Below are positions 43,919 through 53,236 of a DNA stretch of 64,000 nt, in pieces. Position 1 is the first letter of the stretch; each line of letters begins with the position of its first letter. The position numbers and the translations under genes were made by a program. The DNA comes from Chthoniobacteraceae bacterium. Its GTDB lineage: Bacteria > Verrucomicrobiota > Verrucomicrobiia > Chthoniobacterales > Chthoniobacteraceae. The stretch lies in the NCBI GenBank assembly GCA_031409335.1, contig JANNWY010000198.1, positions 1-64,000 on the forward strand, in the 5' to 3' direction. The notes under the pieces are model-generated. The model was not told where the DNA came from and made no database searches. It was given only the letters and a program-made list of their open reading frames with translations.

Positions 43919-46519
43919 TCAGCGTTGCACGGCAAATTCCGGGCTGGTGACGATGAGGTAGATCGCGAGCGTGAGGCGTTCGCGCGGCCACTCCCACGCG
44001 CTGCCGCGACCGAGGCGCTGCACGGCTTCGCGGATGATTTGGAAATTGGGCGGCGCGAGCGTGCCGCCGGTGAGCACGAGGTCGAGCCGGCGGAGCAGCG
44101 CGTCAGGATCGGCGGGATCGAGCGCGGGCGTTTCGGGATTCGCATCCTCAGACCAGCCGGGCACGTTCATTTCCATTTCCTGCACGACGTTTAGCCGCAC
44201 GGCGCGCTCGGCCCGCGCGACGCCCCAGCGGTGCAGTCCTCCGAAGATGGCGTTGCGGAAATAGTTTGGCGCGGTGACGCCGGAGGTGGCGTTGACGATC
44301 TGGAACTCCGGCGCGACGAGCTCCGCCTGCGTCAGCGTGCCGGGCGGCGCGTAAGTCGGCAGGTAGAAATTGAACACGCTCGGCGCTTTGAACGGCTCCT
44401 GCACATGATCGAGCGTGAATGAGTCGAGCGCATACCAGTTCGATTGCGTGGCCAGTCCCTCCGTGCTCACGGCGTCGAAGGCGCGGGCGAAGTTCACGCA
44501 TTTCAAAAACGGCTCGCGTAATTTTCCGAACGCGGGATCGGCGAGCATCGCGGGATCGCGCGCCTCCGGGTCGAGCAGGATTTGTTTCACCACGGCCTTC
44601 ATGTCGCCGCGCACACCCGCGCCGTTGTTCGCAAATTTCGCCGCGACACGCGCGATGTAGGCGGGCGACGGATTCGACGTGACGAGCCGCTGGATGAGCA
44701 GCCGCGCGATGAACGGGCCGGTGTTCGGGTGCTGGAAAAGATTGTCGATCGCCGCGTTCACGTCGCCCATCGTGGCGGTGCCGGTGCTTTCGGGGCTGGC
44801 GGTGCGCGCGGGTGTGGTCGCGCCGAGCAGCAGCGTCTTCGGCGCGAGGTCGTGCTCGTCGTCCCAGCCTTTCATCGGCACGGTGAAATCGCGCGGATAG
44901 GTATCGAAATTCACGTTGTTGCCAAAGGCGAGGCCGGTGAAAACGCGCGCGAATTCGGTGATGTTCGCGTTCGTGTAAGTGGCGATCGGCTGGCTCTGCG
45001 CGTCGAGCTGGCGGGTGCCGTCCGGGTTCAACATCCAGAGCCCGATGCTGAAAAGCTGCATCACTTCGCGCGCGTAGTTTTCGTCGGGAAAAGTGTGCGC
45101 CACCGGGTTGGCTTTGCGGTTCGCGAGATGGCTCAGATACATGCCCATGCAGGGATGCAGCGACACGTCGAGCAGCAGGTCGCGGAAATTTCCAAACGCG
45201 TGCGCGAGCAGCCGGTCGTGGAAATGCACCATGCCTTCCGGGCTCGCCGCGATGTCCTCCATGCGATCCGAGATGATGTAAATCTGGCTGAGCGCGAAGG
45301 CCACGCGCTGGCGCAGCGGATCGGCGGGCTGCGTCGTCGCGGCATCGGGCCGCAGCTTTGGCAGACCCATCGCGCGGCCCCACCACGCCCATTGTTTCCA
45401 GTCGCCGTAAAGCTCCGCGCTCTCCGGCTGCGCGCGCGCCCACTGCACGAACGGCAGGAGCGTGCCGACGGGGCGCGTGAATTGATCGTCGATCCACGCG
45501 GCGTAACCGAGCGAAATCACGTCTTCAACGTTCTCGGGAATCTGATCCGTGTCGCTGGTGGAATCCTGATTCGGACCGAACGCTGCTTGAATCAGGAAGC
45601 GCGCGGCGGCCTTGGCGGATGGCGCGCTCGCGGCGGTTTCATTCAGCAGCGAAACGCTCGCGCTGTTTTGCGCGGCCACGCTGTAGCCGCTGCCCGCGAG
45701 CGCCGTGAGCACGATCGTCTCGGTCGCCTCCGCATCGCTCGCGTCGGCGATCGGCGCGGTCTCGATGAAGACCTCGCGCACGCCGGGCGGAAAGCTCACC
45801 ACATTTCCCGAAATCGAAGCCGAGTAATCCACGCCGCGCGTCGCCGTGCCGGTGAGTGCGACATTCACCGTGAGCGGCTGGAGCCCGCCGCTGCGCCGCA
45901 CCACGAGCACGCCTGGATCGGGCCAGCGCTCGCTGCACGTCGCATCATAGACGGACACCGAAATCGTGTTCGCCGCCGCGAGCCCCGCGGGCACGCGCGC
46001 GGAGTCGAGCGCGGTATTTCGCTCGGTGCGCGTGCGCGCCGGATTGAAGCCGATCGCGCGTTCCTCCCAATCATTGATGCCGTCGCCGTCGCTGTCTTGA
46101 TCCGCGATATTCAGCCGAAAAAACCGCTGACTCCCGCTGCCGAGCGACACCTGCAAATGCGCCGTCGCGCCCTGTCCCGTCACCGCCGGAGTCGCGAGCG
46201 TCCACGCACTGAGCAGGTCTGCGTTGGTGAAAAGCGAATACCTTTTCCCGGCTAATCCGGCCCACGCGAAATTCAGCGCGATGCCTTGCTGCGATTCCAG
46301 CAGCAGACTCGGAAACGACGCGCCGCTGAAAGGATTCGTCCCCGCCGCGCTTTCGCTCGCATTGCTAAATCCATCGCCATCCGCATCGCCCGCCGCCGCG
46401 AGTCCGCCCGCACCGAAAACCATTTCCCACACATCGCTCTGCTGATTCGCATTTTGATCCAGCGCGAAAGTCTGGGACGTGGCGGCGAGCAGCCAGAAGA
46501 GGAACCGGGGTGCTTTCAT
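43919..46519 (-). CDS. DUF1800 family exported protein with N-terminal DxDGDG/Calx-beta-like region
   Basis: AARFLIQAAFG, LRQRVAFALSQI, PDENYAREVMQLFSIGL, KLREP and PSVFNFY; usual partner of DUF1501. Confidence 0.88.
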   Translation of the reverse strand: MKAPRFLFWLLAATSQTFALDQNANQQSDVWEMVFGAGGLAAAGDADGDGFSNASESAAGTNPFSGASFPSLLLESQQGIALNFAWAGLAGKRYSLFTNADLLSAWTLATPAVTGQGATAHLQVSLGSGSQRFFRLNIADQDSDGDGINDWEERAIGFNPARTRTERNTALDSARVPAGLAAANTISVSVYDATCSERWPDPGVLVVRRSGGLQPLTVNVALTGTATRGVDYSASISGNVVSFPPGVREVFIETAPIADASDAEATETIVLTALAGSGYSVAAQNSASVSLLNETAASAPSAKAAARFLIQAAFGPNQDSTSDTDQIPENVEDVISLGYAAWIDDQFTRPVGTLLPFVQWARAQPESAELYGDWKQWAWWGRAMGLPKLRPDAATTQPADPLRQRVAFALSQIYIISDRMEDIAASPEGMVHFHDRLLAHAFGNFRDLLLDVSLHPCMGMYLSHLANRKANPVAHTFPDENYAREVMQLFSIGLWMLNPDGTRQLDAQSQPIATYTNANITEFARVFTGLAFGNNVNFDTYPRDFTVPMKGWDDEHDLAPKTLLLGATTPARTASPESTGTATMGDVNAAIDNLFQHPNTGPFIARLLIQRLVTSNPSPAYIARVAAKFANNGAGVRGDMKAVVKQILLDPEARDPAMLADPAFGKLREPFLKCVNFARAFDAVSTEGLATQSNWYALDSFTLDHVQEPFKAPSVFNFYLPTYAPPGTLTQAELVAPEFQIVNATSGVTAPNYFRNAIFGGLHRWGVARAERAVRLNVVQEMEMNVPGWSEDANPETPALDPADPDALLRRLDLVLTGGTLAPPNFQIIREAVQRLGRGSAWEWPRERLTLAIYLIVTSPEFAVQR

Positions 46520-46560
46520 TGGCGCTCAAAGTTTCACCCAGTGAAGCCCGCGCGGCAAAC

Positions 46561-47166
46561 TCAAAGCCGCCCGCGATTTTTGTAAAACTGCATCCGCCGC
46601 GTCACTTCCTCGACGTATCGACGGGTGGTCGGAAAGTCGATCGCACCCATCAAGTCATCCGCGTTCGCCTGATCGCCCATGTTCGTCGCCGCGATCCAGC
46701 GGTCCACGCGCGTGCGGCCCGCGTTGTATTCGGCGAGCGCGAAAGGGAGCGGATTCTCCTTCGCCTTCCAATGATCCAGCGCGCGCCGCAGATACCACGC
46801 GCCCGCTTCGAGATTCATCCGCGAATCAAAAAGATCGGTCGGCGCAAACGTCTCCAGCTTTTCCGCCTTCGCCCAATCGCCGCCTGCCGCCTCGCCCACC
46901 TGCATCAGCCCGCGCTCGCCACTCGTCCCCATCTTATCCGGGTGAAACGCGCTCTCGCGCCAGACGATCGCCTTGATCAATTCGGGCGCGATGTCCTGCT
47001 TGCCGGCCACCGCGCGGATTGCGTTGTCGGATTCATCGTACCGTCCGCCAGCCAGCCACGCCTGAGCCGTGTACATCGGGTCTGGCGAGAGCCACAGCAG
47101 CAGCGCGGCGGCGGTCAGCGCAGAGAGAAAAATGACGAGGACCAGGCTCCGAACGAAACGAATCAT
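46561..47166 (-). CDS. Lytic transglycosylase (SLT domain)
   Basis: N-terminal TM anchor, WRES catalytic Glu, GLMQ and AEYNAG. Confidence 0.9.
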   Translation of the reverse strand: MIRFVRSLVLVIFLSALTAAALLLWLSPDPMYTAQAWLAGGRYDESDNAIRAVAGKQDIAPELIKAIVWRESAFHPDKMGTSGERGLMQVGEAAGGDWAKAEKLETFAPTDLFDSRMNLEAGAWYLRRALDHWKAKENPLPFALAEYNAGRTRVDRWIAATNMGDQANADDLMGAIDFPTTRRYVEEVTRRMQFYKNRGRL

Positions 47167-47262
47167 GAGAGCGCGGATTCAATGCGCCACCCGCGCCGAT
47201 GGCAAGCTGTCGCGGGAAGTCTGTGATGTGGCGGACCGCTGCGCGGTGTCGCGACCGCCGAC

Positions 47263-47418
47263 TCATCGGGCACCGGGCAGCTTTGGCTTGTTCGCCGCGT
47301 CGCAGCCGCAGCCAGTGGAGCAGCCCTTTTTTTTGCCGCGAAAAAATCCGCGCGCGAGGAAGGCGAGCGCGCCGAGGATGGCGAGGGCGACGAGGGCGTT
47401 GTCGAGCGTGATGTTCAT
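47263..47418 (-). CDS. FeoB-associated Cys-rich small membrane protein
   Basis: 51 aa: TM helix then KKKGCSTGCGC; ATGA overlap with the feoB stop. Confidence 0.75.
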   Translation of the reverse strand: MNITLDNALVALAILGALAFLARGFFRGKKKGCSTGCGCDAANKPKLPGAR

Positions 47419-49499
47419 TGGAAACCGAGCAGGCGGCCACCTTGATAGACGATGAACGCGGCGACCCATGCAAGGGCGGTCATGTAGGCGATTTGGAAAA
47501 GCGGCCACGTCCAGCCGTTGGTCTCGCGCCGCACGATGGCGACGGTGCTGATGCATTGCATCGCGAGGACGAAGAAGACCATGAGGCCGAGGCAGACGAG
47601 CGGGGTGTAGATCGGCGTGCCGTCGGCGCGCTTCTCGGCGACGAGTTGCGCCTGGAGTGGCTCGGTGTCTTCGTCGGCACCTTCGAGATTGTACACGATG
47701 CCCATGGTGCCGACGAAAACTTCGCGCGCGGCGAAGCTGCCGATGAGGCCGATGCCGATTTTCCAGTCGTAGCCGAGCGGCGCGATGAAGGGTTCCAGCG
47801 CGTGGCCCATGCGTCCGCCGATGCTGTGGGCGACAGCTTCCGCGGGGCCGGCTGCGGGATCGGCGGGTTTGGGGTAATTGAGCAGCGCCCACAGTAAAAT
47901 GGAGAGCGCGAGAATGACGGTGCCTGCACGGCGGAGGAAGAGGCCCGCGCGTTCCCACATGCGCAGCGCGACGCTTTTCCAGTCGGGCATCCGATACGGC
48001 GGCATTTCGAGGAGCAGCATCGGGGTTTCGCTGCGGAGCAGAGTCTTCTTGAAAATCCACGCCATCACGAACGCGGCGACGATGCCGATGAGATACATGA
48101 TGAGCATGACGCCCGCTTTTTTCCACGAACCGGCGAGCGGCATGAGCACGGCGATCATCAGGCCATAGACTGGCAGCCGCGCGCTGCACGACATGAGCGG
48201 CGCGACGAGGATGGTGACGAGGCGGTCCTTGCGATGCTCGATGGTGCGCGTGGCCATGATGCCGGGGATGGCGCACGCGAAGGAGCTGAGCATCGGGATG
48301 AACGACTTGCCGTGCAGGCCGACGCGCGACATCAGGCGGTCCATCATGAATGCGGCGCGGGCCATGTAGCCGCTGTCTTCGAGCAGCCCGAGGAAAAAAT
48401 AGAGGATGAGAATTTGCGGGAGAAAAATGACGACGCTGCCGACGCCCTTGACGATTCCGTCGGAAAGCAGCGAGCGAAAATCGCTTGCGGCCATATTCGC
48501 TTTCACGAAATCGGCGAGCGCGGCAGTGCCGCCGTCGATCCAATCCATCGGCTTTTGCGCGACCCAGAAGATGCAGAAAAACATCAGCGCCATGACGGCG
48601 AGGAAGGCGAGCGAGCCCCAAATGCGATGCGTGAGGATGCCGTCGAGTTTGTCGGAAAAGGTGAGGCCGGTGTCGCCGGGATGCATGACGGAGCGGGAGC
48701 AGATTTCGTGGATCCAATCGTAACGCGCCTCGACGGGCGCGGAGACGGGATCGAGTCCAGCGGCAACGAGGCGCGTCTGCGCGGCTTGCGTGGCGGCGAT
48801 GATGGCGGGCGCGGTTTCGGTGAGTTCGATCTGCGCGCGGTCGTGGAGCGTTAGGAGCAGGAGCGCTTCGGAGTAGGCAGTGTCGGGATCGCCGGGGAGT
48901 TTTTCGGCGAGCGCGTGCGCTTCTTTTTCAAAAAGCGGCGGCATCGGGGCGCGCACCGCGGGCCGCGGCAAAGTGGCCCGTGAGAGCGCCTGCTTGAGTT
49001 CGACCATGCCCACGCTTTTCGTCGCGACGGTGCGGATGACGGGGACGCCAAGCTCTTTCTCCAGCGCGGGTAGGTCGATGCGGATGCCGTTTTCCTCGGC
49101 GACATCGACCATGTTCAGCGCGACGACGAGCGGCAGGCGGATTTCGAGAAGCTGGGCGAGCAGGTAGAGATTGCGCTCAATATTCGAGGCATCGAGCACG
49201 CAGATGATGACGTCCGGGCGTGCGGTGTCGTCGCGCCGACCGAGCAGCACATCGCGCGCGACGGCTTCGTCCGGCGAGCGCACTTGCAGGCTGTAGCTGC
49301 CGGGCAGATCGAGCAGATCCATCGCCTCGCCATGCGCGCCGCGGAAGGAGCCGATCTTTCGCTCGACGGTGACGCCGGGATAGTTGCCGGTCTTTTGGCG
49401 CATCCCGGTGAGCGCGTTGAAGATCGTCGTTTTGCCGCAGTTGGGATTGCCCGCGATGGCGACGTGGCGGGTGAGGGTTTCCGGGGTCGCGGTGCTCAT
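47415..49499 (-). CDS. feoB: Ferrous iron transport protein B
   Basis: GNPNCGKTT, GNYPGVTVE, DLPGSYSL, NMVD, EDSGYMARAAF and MSCSARLP; start taken at MSTATPE. Confidence 0.96.
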   Translation of the reverse strand: MSTATPETLTRHVAIAGNPNCGKTTIFNALTGMRQKTGNYPGVTVERKIGSFRGAHGEAMDLLDLPGSYSLQVRSPDEAVARDVLLGRRDDTARPDVIICVLDASNIERNLYLLAQLLEIRLPLVVALNMVDVAEENGIRIDLPALEKELGVPVIRTVATKSVGMVELKQALSRATLPRPAVRAPMPPLFEKEAHALAEKLPGDPDTAYSEALLLLTLHDRAQIELTETAPAIIAATQAAQTRLVAAGLDPVSAPVEARYDWIHEICSRSVMHPGDTGLTFSDKLDGILTHRIWGSLAFLAVMALMFFCIFWVAQKPMDWIDGGTAALADFVKANMAASDFRSLLSDGIVKGVGSVVIFLPQILILYFFLGLLEDSGYMARAAFMMDRLMSRVGLHGKSFIPMLSSFACAIPGIMATRTIEHRKDRLVTILVAPLMSCSARLPVYGLMIAVLMPLAGSWKKAGVMLIMYLIGIVAAFVMAWIFKKTLLRSETPMLLLEMPPYRMPDWKSVALRMWERAGLFLRRAGTVILALSILLWALLNYPKPADPAAGPAEAVAHSIGGRMGHALEPFIAPLGYDWKIGIGLIGSFAAREVFVGTMGIVYNLEGADEDTEPLQAQLVAEKRADGTPIYTPLVCLGLMVFFVLAMQCISTVAIVRRETNGWTWPLFQIAYMTALAWVAAFIVYQGGRLLGFQ

Positions 49500-49513
49500 G
49501 GCCAAGGGGATTT

Positions 49514-49623
<110 letters not shown>

Positions 49624-49643
49624 TGCCTTTTCCCCCACGATGT

Positions 49644-49889
49644 TCATGCCTTTTCCACAAAGATGCCCGCCGCCTCGTGCTTGCGGATGGATAGATGATA
49701 CCCGCGCACCTTGATCTCCACCGGATCGCCAAGCGGCGCAAAGCGGGCAACCTCAACGCGCGCACCGATCGTCATCCCCATTTCCAGCAACCGCTGTTTC
49801 GCTTCCGGCGGCAGCTCCAGCGCAACGATTTTCCCGCCCTGCCCGACGGCCAGTTCGCTCAACGCCACGCCCGGCGCGGCCTCGCTCAT
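49644..49889 (-). CDS. feoA: Ferrous iron transport protein A (second copy)
   Basis: RLLEMGMTIG..APLGDPVEIKVRGYHLSIRKHEA; TGATG overlap with the upstream feoA. Confidence 0.92.
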   Translation of the reverse strand: MSEAAPGVALSELAVGQGGKIVALELPPEAKQRLLEMGMTIGARVEVARFAPLGDPVEIKVRGYHLSIRKHEAAGIFVEKA

Positions 49890-50155
49890 CAGCGCCGCAC
49901 GCGCTCCACGAGGACGTGGGACGCGAGCTCCGGTCCAATCGCCACGCGAGTCCCCATCAACACACAAATACACGCCCCGCGGTCCGCCACCTTGCAAACC
50001 TCCGCCGATTCGCAAAACCCCAGCTCCCGCAGCCGCGCCGTCGCCGGAGAATCCTTGCGCAGCGTCACGATCTTCAGCTTTTCGCCACACCGCGCCTGGG
50101 AAAGATTCATGCACGCTCCATTGGAGTCATTTTTGGCGGGAATCGGTTTGTTCAT
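49889..50155 (-). CDS. feoA: FeoA family protein (first copy)
   Basis: RLRELGF..VCKV..GTRVAIG SH3-like FeoA pattern; first gene of the feo operon. Confidence 0.8.
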   Translation of the reverse strand: MNKPIPAKNDSNGACMNLSQARCGEKLKIVTLRKDSPATARLRELGFCESAEVCKVADRGACICVLMGTRVAIGPELASHVLVERVRR

Positions 50156-50163
50156 TGTCTTAA

Positions 50164-50178
50164 TGAGAACAAGTCTCA
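50164..50178. promoter_or_regulatory. Fur-box-like operator
   Basis: TGAGAAC-A-AGTCTCA 7-1-7-type dyad 8 nt upstream of the feoA start. Confidence 0.65.
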
Positions 50179-50271
50179 GATGCTTCTAGCACTGACAATC
50201 CGGCTGTCACGGGGAAAGTAGCGACTTTCTGCGAGCACTCGGGTCGGAGTCGGGAAGGGAGAAGTTTGGAC

Positions 50272-50631
50272 TCACTGTGCTGATGCCAGCTTGATGTGCA
50301 TGGCGAGCTTCGCTTGGAGTTCGTCCAACAACTCCGGCTGCATGAATTCGTAGTCGTCTGGGATGTGGAGCGCGACGAGTTGTTTGCCATCCAGCGCTTC
50401 GGGAAAACGCGCGCGCAGTTTCGCGACGTGAGATTTTTCCATCGCGAAAATGAGGTCCGCCCAGCCGATGTGGCCTTCCGTCACGACGATCCTTGCCCCC
50501 GGCTGCGTCCCTGCAGAACGCGCTTCGTAACCCGGCACACCTTCCATCAGCCTCTCCGCCGTCAGGCTGCGCTTCCGATTCCGGCTGCACACGAAAAGCA
50601 GCTTCGTCGCGTGTGGGCGCTCTTCGCTCAC
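50272..50631 (-). CDS. Low-molecular-weight protein tyrosine phosphatase-like protein
   Basis: LLFVCSRNRKRS P-loop, SAGT, WADLIFAME and IPDDY; GTGA overlap with the Uma2 gene stop. Confidence 0.85.
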   Translation of the reverse strand: MSEERPHATKLLFVCSRNRKRSLTAERLMEGVPGYEARSAGTQPGARIVVTEGHIGWADLIFAMEKSHVAKLRARFPEALDGKQLVALHIPDDYEFMQPELLDELQAKLAMHIKLASAQ

Positions 50632-51281
50632 TCCGGCTTCAGCGCCTGCCGAAACGCGCGCCGCGCTTCCCTCCAAGTCGGCAGCGCGAGGCACCGCTCG
50701 ATCAGCGCGAGATCGAGTCCGGGCAAAAGCCCGCTCGTCCGCGCCGGTCCTTCGTAGTCGCTCGCTTCCGCGTTCAGATTCCAGACTTCCAGCCTGTCCT
50801 TGCGCCAAAACCAAACCTCCGGCACTGAAAATCGCCGATAAATTTCCAGCTTGTTTAAGCCGCCGCTCGTCAGGGCGATTTCCAGCGCGAGGTCGGGAAA
50901 CTCCTTTTCCTCACCAAAACACCACGAAGCATCGGGCTCTGCACCGGCTTGTCCGAGCATTTGCATCGTGGCCTGGCCGTGAGTGAAAACCTCGATGTCG
51001 GTCTCGTTGATGAATTCCATCACCAGCAACGCGATCCAGTCTTTGCGACGTTCGTGATGGAGGGAAGTGGTCATGATTTCGATTTGCTCATCAAGGTAAT
51101 ACAGGCGCGGGTGAGAGTTGTCCGGCCCGCGCTCTTCATCGATCGCCACGTATTGCTCCCAGGAAGTCCTGCCCACCACCACGCGATCTTCGCCGGGCTC
51201 CTCCTTCGGCCCGAGCGGGACTTTTTGAAAAGCGCGCGCGAGCGGTTCGCGAAACTGAACTTCGAGCATGGCGAGACTCAT
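50628..51281 (-). CDS. Uma2 family (DUF820) endonuclease-like protein
   Basis: SWEQY, IEIM...HE, AEPDASW, PDLALEI and KLEIY..VPEVW. Confidence 0.88.
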   Translation of the reverse strand: MSLAMLEVQFREPLARAFQKVPLGPKEEPGEDRVVVGRTSWEQYVAIDEERGPDNSHPRLYYLDEQIEIMTTSLHHERRKDWIALLVMEFINETDIEVFTHGQATMQMLGQAGAEPDASWCFGEEKEFPDLALEIALTSGGLNKLEIYRRFSVPEVWFWRKDRLEVWNLNAEASDYEGPARTSGLLPGLDLALIERCLALPTWREARRAFRQALKPE

Positions 51282-51371
51282 GCGCGCAGGTTACACGGCT
51301 TCGCCGCAGCGACAAGCCGCGCGGCGGAAAACATCAGGGCCATCGGATCAAGACACCGCTGCGCTTCGCGG

Positions 51372-51435
51372 CCAGCCCCGAGAGCTGGGAGATGGCAGCC
51401 GGGGGTGAAGCGGGGAAGGAGCGCACACCCCGGCT
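51372..51435. repeat. Remnant multi-hairpin intergenic repeat
   Basis: CCAGC..GCTGG hairpin, then AGCCGGGGGTG (51397-51407) pairing with CACCCCGGCT (51426-51435). Confidence 0.4.
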
Positions 51436-51509
51436 CACCGCTTTATTGCCGGGCGGGACCGCCGCACAATCCATTTGCGCGTCCGGGCGCACGGCAGGTA
51501 AATGTCCCC

Positions 51510-51863
51510 ATGCCTCACACCTACCGCGCCACTCTCGAAGACGATCGCCTTCGCTGGCACGACGCCGAACACCCGGACTCGCACCGCACTCCCGTCGAAG
51601 TGCAGGTCGTCGTCCTCGATTCCCCCGCGGAGGATACGCTCATCGTCCGCACCCACGGCGTCTGCGGTGGCGACGCCTGCTTTGCCGGCACCCGCATTCC
51701 CGTGTGGATCGTCGTGGACGCATGGGCCGCAGGCTGGGACGACGCCCGCCAGCTCCGCGCCCGCCCCACGCTGCATCAGGAACATCTCGACGCCGCCCGC
51801 CGCCACTACGCCGCGCATCGGGAGGAAATCGACCGCGCCATCGCCGACAACGCATCCGCCTGA
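51510..51863 (+). CDS. DUF433 domain antitoxin with an extra N-terminal domain
   Basis: IVRTHGVCGGDACFAGTRIPVW..YAAHREEID DUF433 motif after about 40 aa of a separate module. Confidence 0.85.
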   Translation: MPHTYRATLEDDRLRWHDAEHPDSHRTPVEVQVVVLDSPAEDTLIVRTHGVCGGDACFAGTRIPVWIVVDAWAAGWDDARQLRARPTLHQEHLDAARRHYAAHREEIDRAIADNASA

Positions 51864-51866
51864 GCG

Positions 51867-52217
51867 ATGGCGCGGTTTTTCGCGGACGAAGACTTCGACG
51901 CCGAAATCGGCAGCGCGCTGGCACGACTCGGACACGATCTCGATGGCGTCGCCCATCGCGGTCTCGGAAACACAGGAACCACCGACGACGCCGTGCTGGC
52001 CCTCGCCTCGGGAGAAAAGCGAATCCTGCTCACCCACAATCGGCGGCACTTCGTCCGGCTGCACCGGCTCGCCCCTCATCACGCAGGCATCGTCGTCTGC
52101 TCGCAGCGCGGCCAACCGGAGGAAATGGCCGGGACCATTGATCGCATCCTGTACGAACACGGAAGTTTCACCGGGCGTCTGGTGCGCGTGAATCTTGGCG
52201 ATCAAGCGGTGGAGTGA
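51867..52217 (+). CDS. DUF5615 family PIN-like toxin
   Basis: FFADEDF, DDAVL, RILLTHNRRHF and HAGIV; 3 nt after the DUF433 gene. Confidence 0.85.
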   Translation: MARFFADEDFDAEIGSALARLGHDLDGVAHRGLGNTGTTDDAVLALASGEKRILLTHNRRHFVRLHRLAPHHAGIVVCSQRGQPEEMAGTIDRILYEHGSFTGRLVRVNLGDQAVE

Positions 52218-52253
52218 TTCCCCCCCGTTTTTAACTCGAAGATTGTACTTTCC

Positions 52254-52358
52254 CTCGTTCCAAGTTCCACTTGGGAGCGAACGATTCCCCAAAGCTGCGC
52301 TTCGCCGAATGAGGATACGCTTACAACTGGAGCTTGGTCGAAGCACAGCTTCGGGGAA
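52254..52358. repeat. Truncated CGTTCC-type palindromic repeat
   Basis: CTCGTTCCAAGTTCCACTTGGGAGCG hairpin, plus TTCCCCAAAGCTGCGCTTCG (52285-52304) pairing with CGAAGCACAGCTTCGGGGAA (52339-52358). Confidence 0.55.
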
Positions 52359-52413
52359 CAAGTTCTATTCATGGTTGGGAGAAAACGCGAAGCCGACATA
52401 ACCTGCACAACCA

Positions 52414-52893
52414 ATGACGCGCGCCGTGCTCGATACCAACGTGATCCTCGCCGCGCTGCTATCGCGGCGCGGCGCGGCATTCGAGATTCTCGAACGGCTC
52501 CGTCGCTGTGAATGGCGGCTCGTGCTCAGCAATCACCTGCTGCTCGAATACGAGGAAGTCTTGAAGCGTAACACCGCCGTGCTCGCGCTCACGCACGAGG
52601 AAGTGGATCGTTTTCTCAACGCCATCTGCCAGGCCGCCGATTGCTTTCAACTCCCGACTCCGCAAACGCCGCGCTTGCCTGATGCCGATGACGAGCCGCT
52701 CTTGCGCCTCGCGGAAACATCCGGCGCAAGGCTCATCACCACCCACAACATCCGCCACCTCCGCCCGGCGAGAGCGCACGGCGTCGCCGTCTTGCCACCG
52801 CGCCCGGAAACTGGGAGGACTTCGACCGCATCATGGCCCGTGTCCCAGACGCGCCGCCAGTGCCGGGAGATGAGCGGTAATCGCAGCTTCTGA
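52414..52893 (+). CDS. PIN-domain toxin (PIN_3 type) with an aberrant C-terminus
   Basis: AVLDTNV, LLEYEEVL, DADDEP and ITTHNIRH; residues after VAVLPP do not look like the family. Confidence 0.8.
   Translation: MTRAVLDTNVILAALLSRRGAAFEILERLRRCEWRLVLSNHLLLEYEEVLKRNTAVLALTHEEVDRFLNAICQAADCFQLPTPQTPRLPDADDEPLLRLAETSGARLITTHNIRHLRPARAHGVAVLPPRPETGRTSTASWPVSQTRRQCREMSGNRSF
52800..52880 (+). pseudogene. C-terminal remnant of the cognate antitoxin
   Basis: An alternative frame reads PGNWEDFDRIMARVPDAPPVPGDER*, the tail typical of antitoxins paired with this PIN family; no start is present. Confidence 0.65.
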
Positions 52894-53236
52894 AGGTTGA
52901 GTGATGAGTTTGCCCACCTCGCGCCTGCTTCTCTCAGAACTCACGCCCCGCAGCCAGCGGGTGATTGAAGCGGAGTATCATCTGGATACCTACCGCCAGA
53001 AACACTGGCGAGATCGTTGCACAGCAGGCCCAAGTTCCTTGGACTGGACAGCGAGATTCTCGCTCTAACCCTATCGCTTCGAGGTCGAAAGCGGGTTCCG
53101 AACCGCAAAGAGCGAATTTCAAGAAGCGACCCCTTTCTTCTTCCACGGGAATTTCGCATGGCGCCGAGTCTGTGACCGGGTATTTTCAGGCGCTTTTTCC
53201 ACGGCGCTGCCCGCACTCAGTCACTCCCCCAGATCT

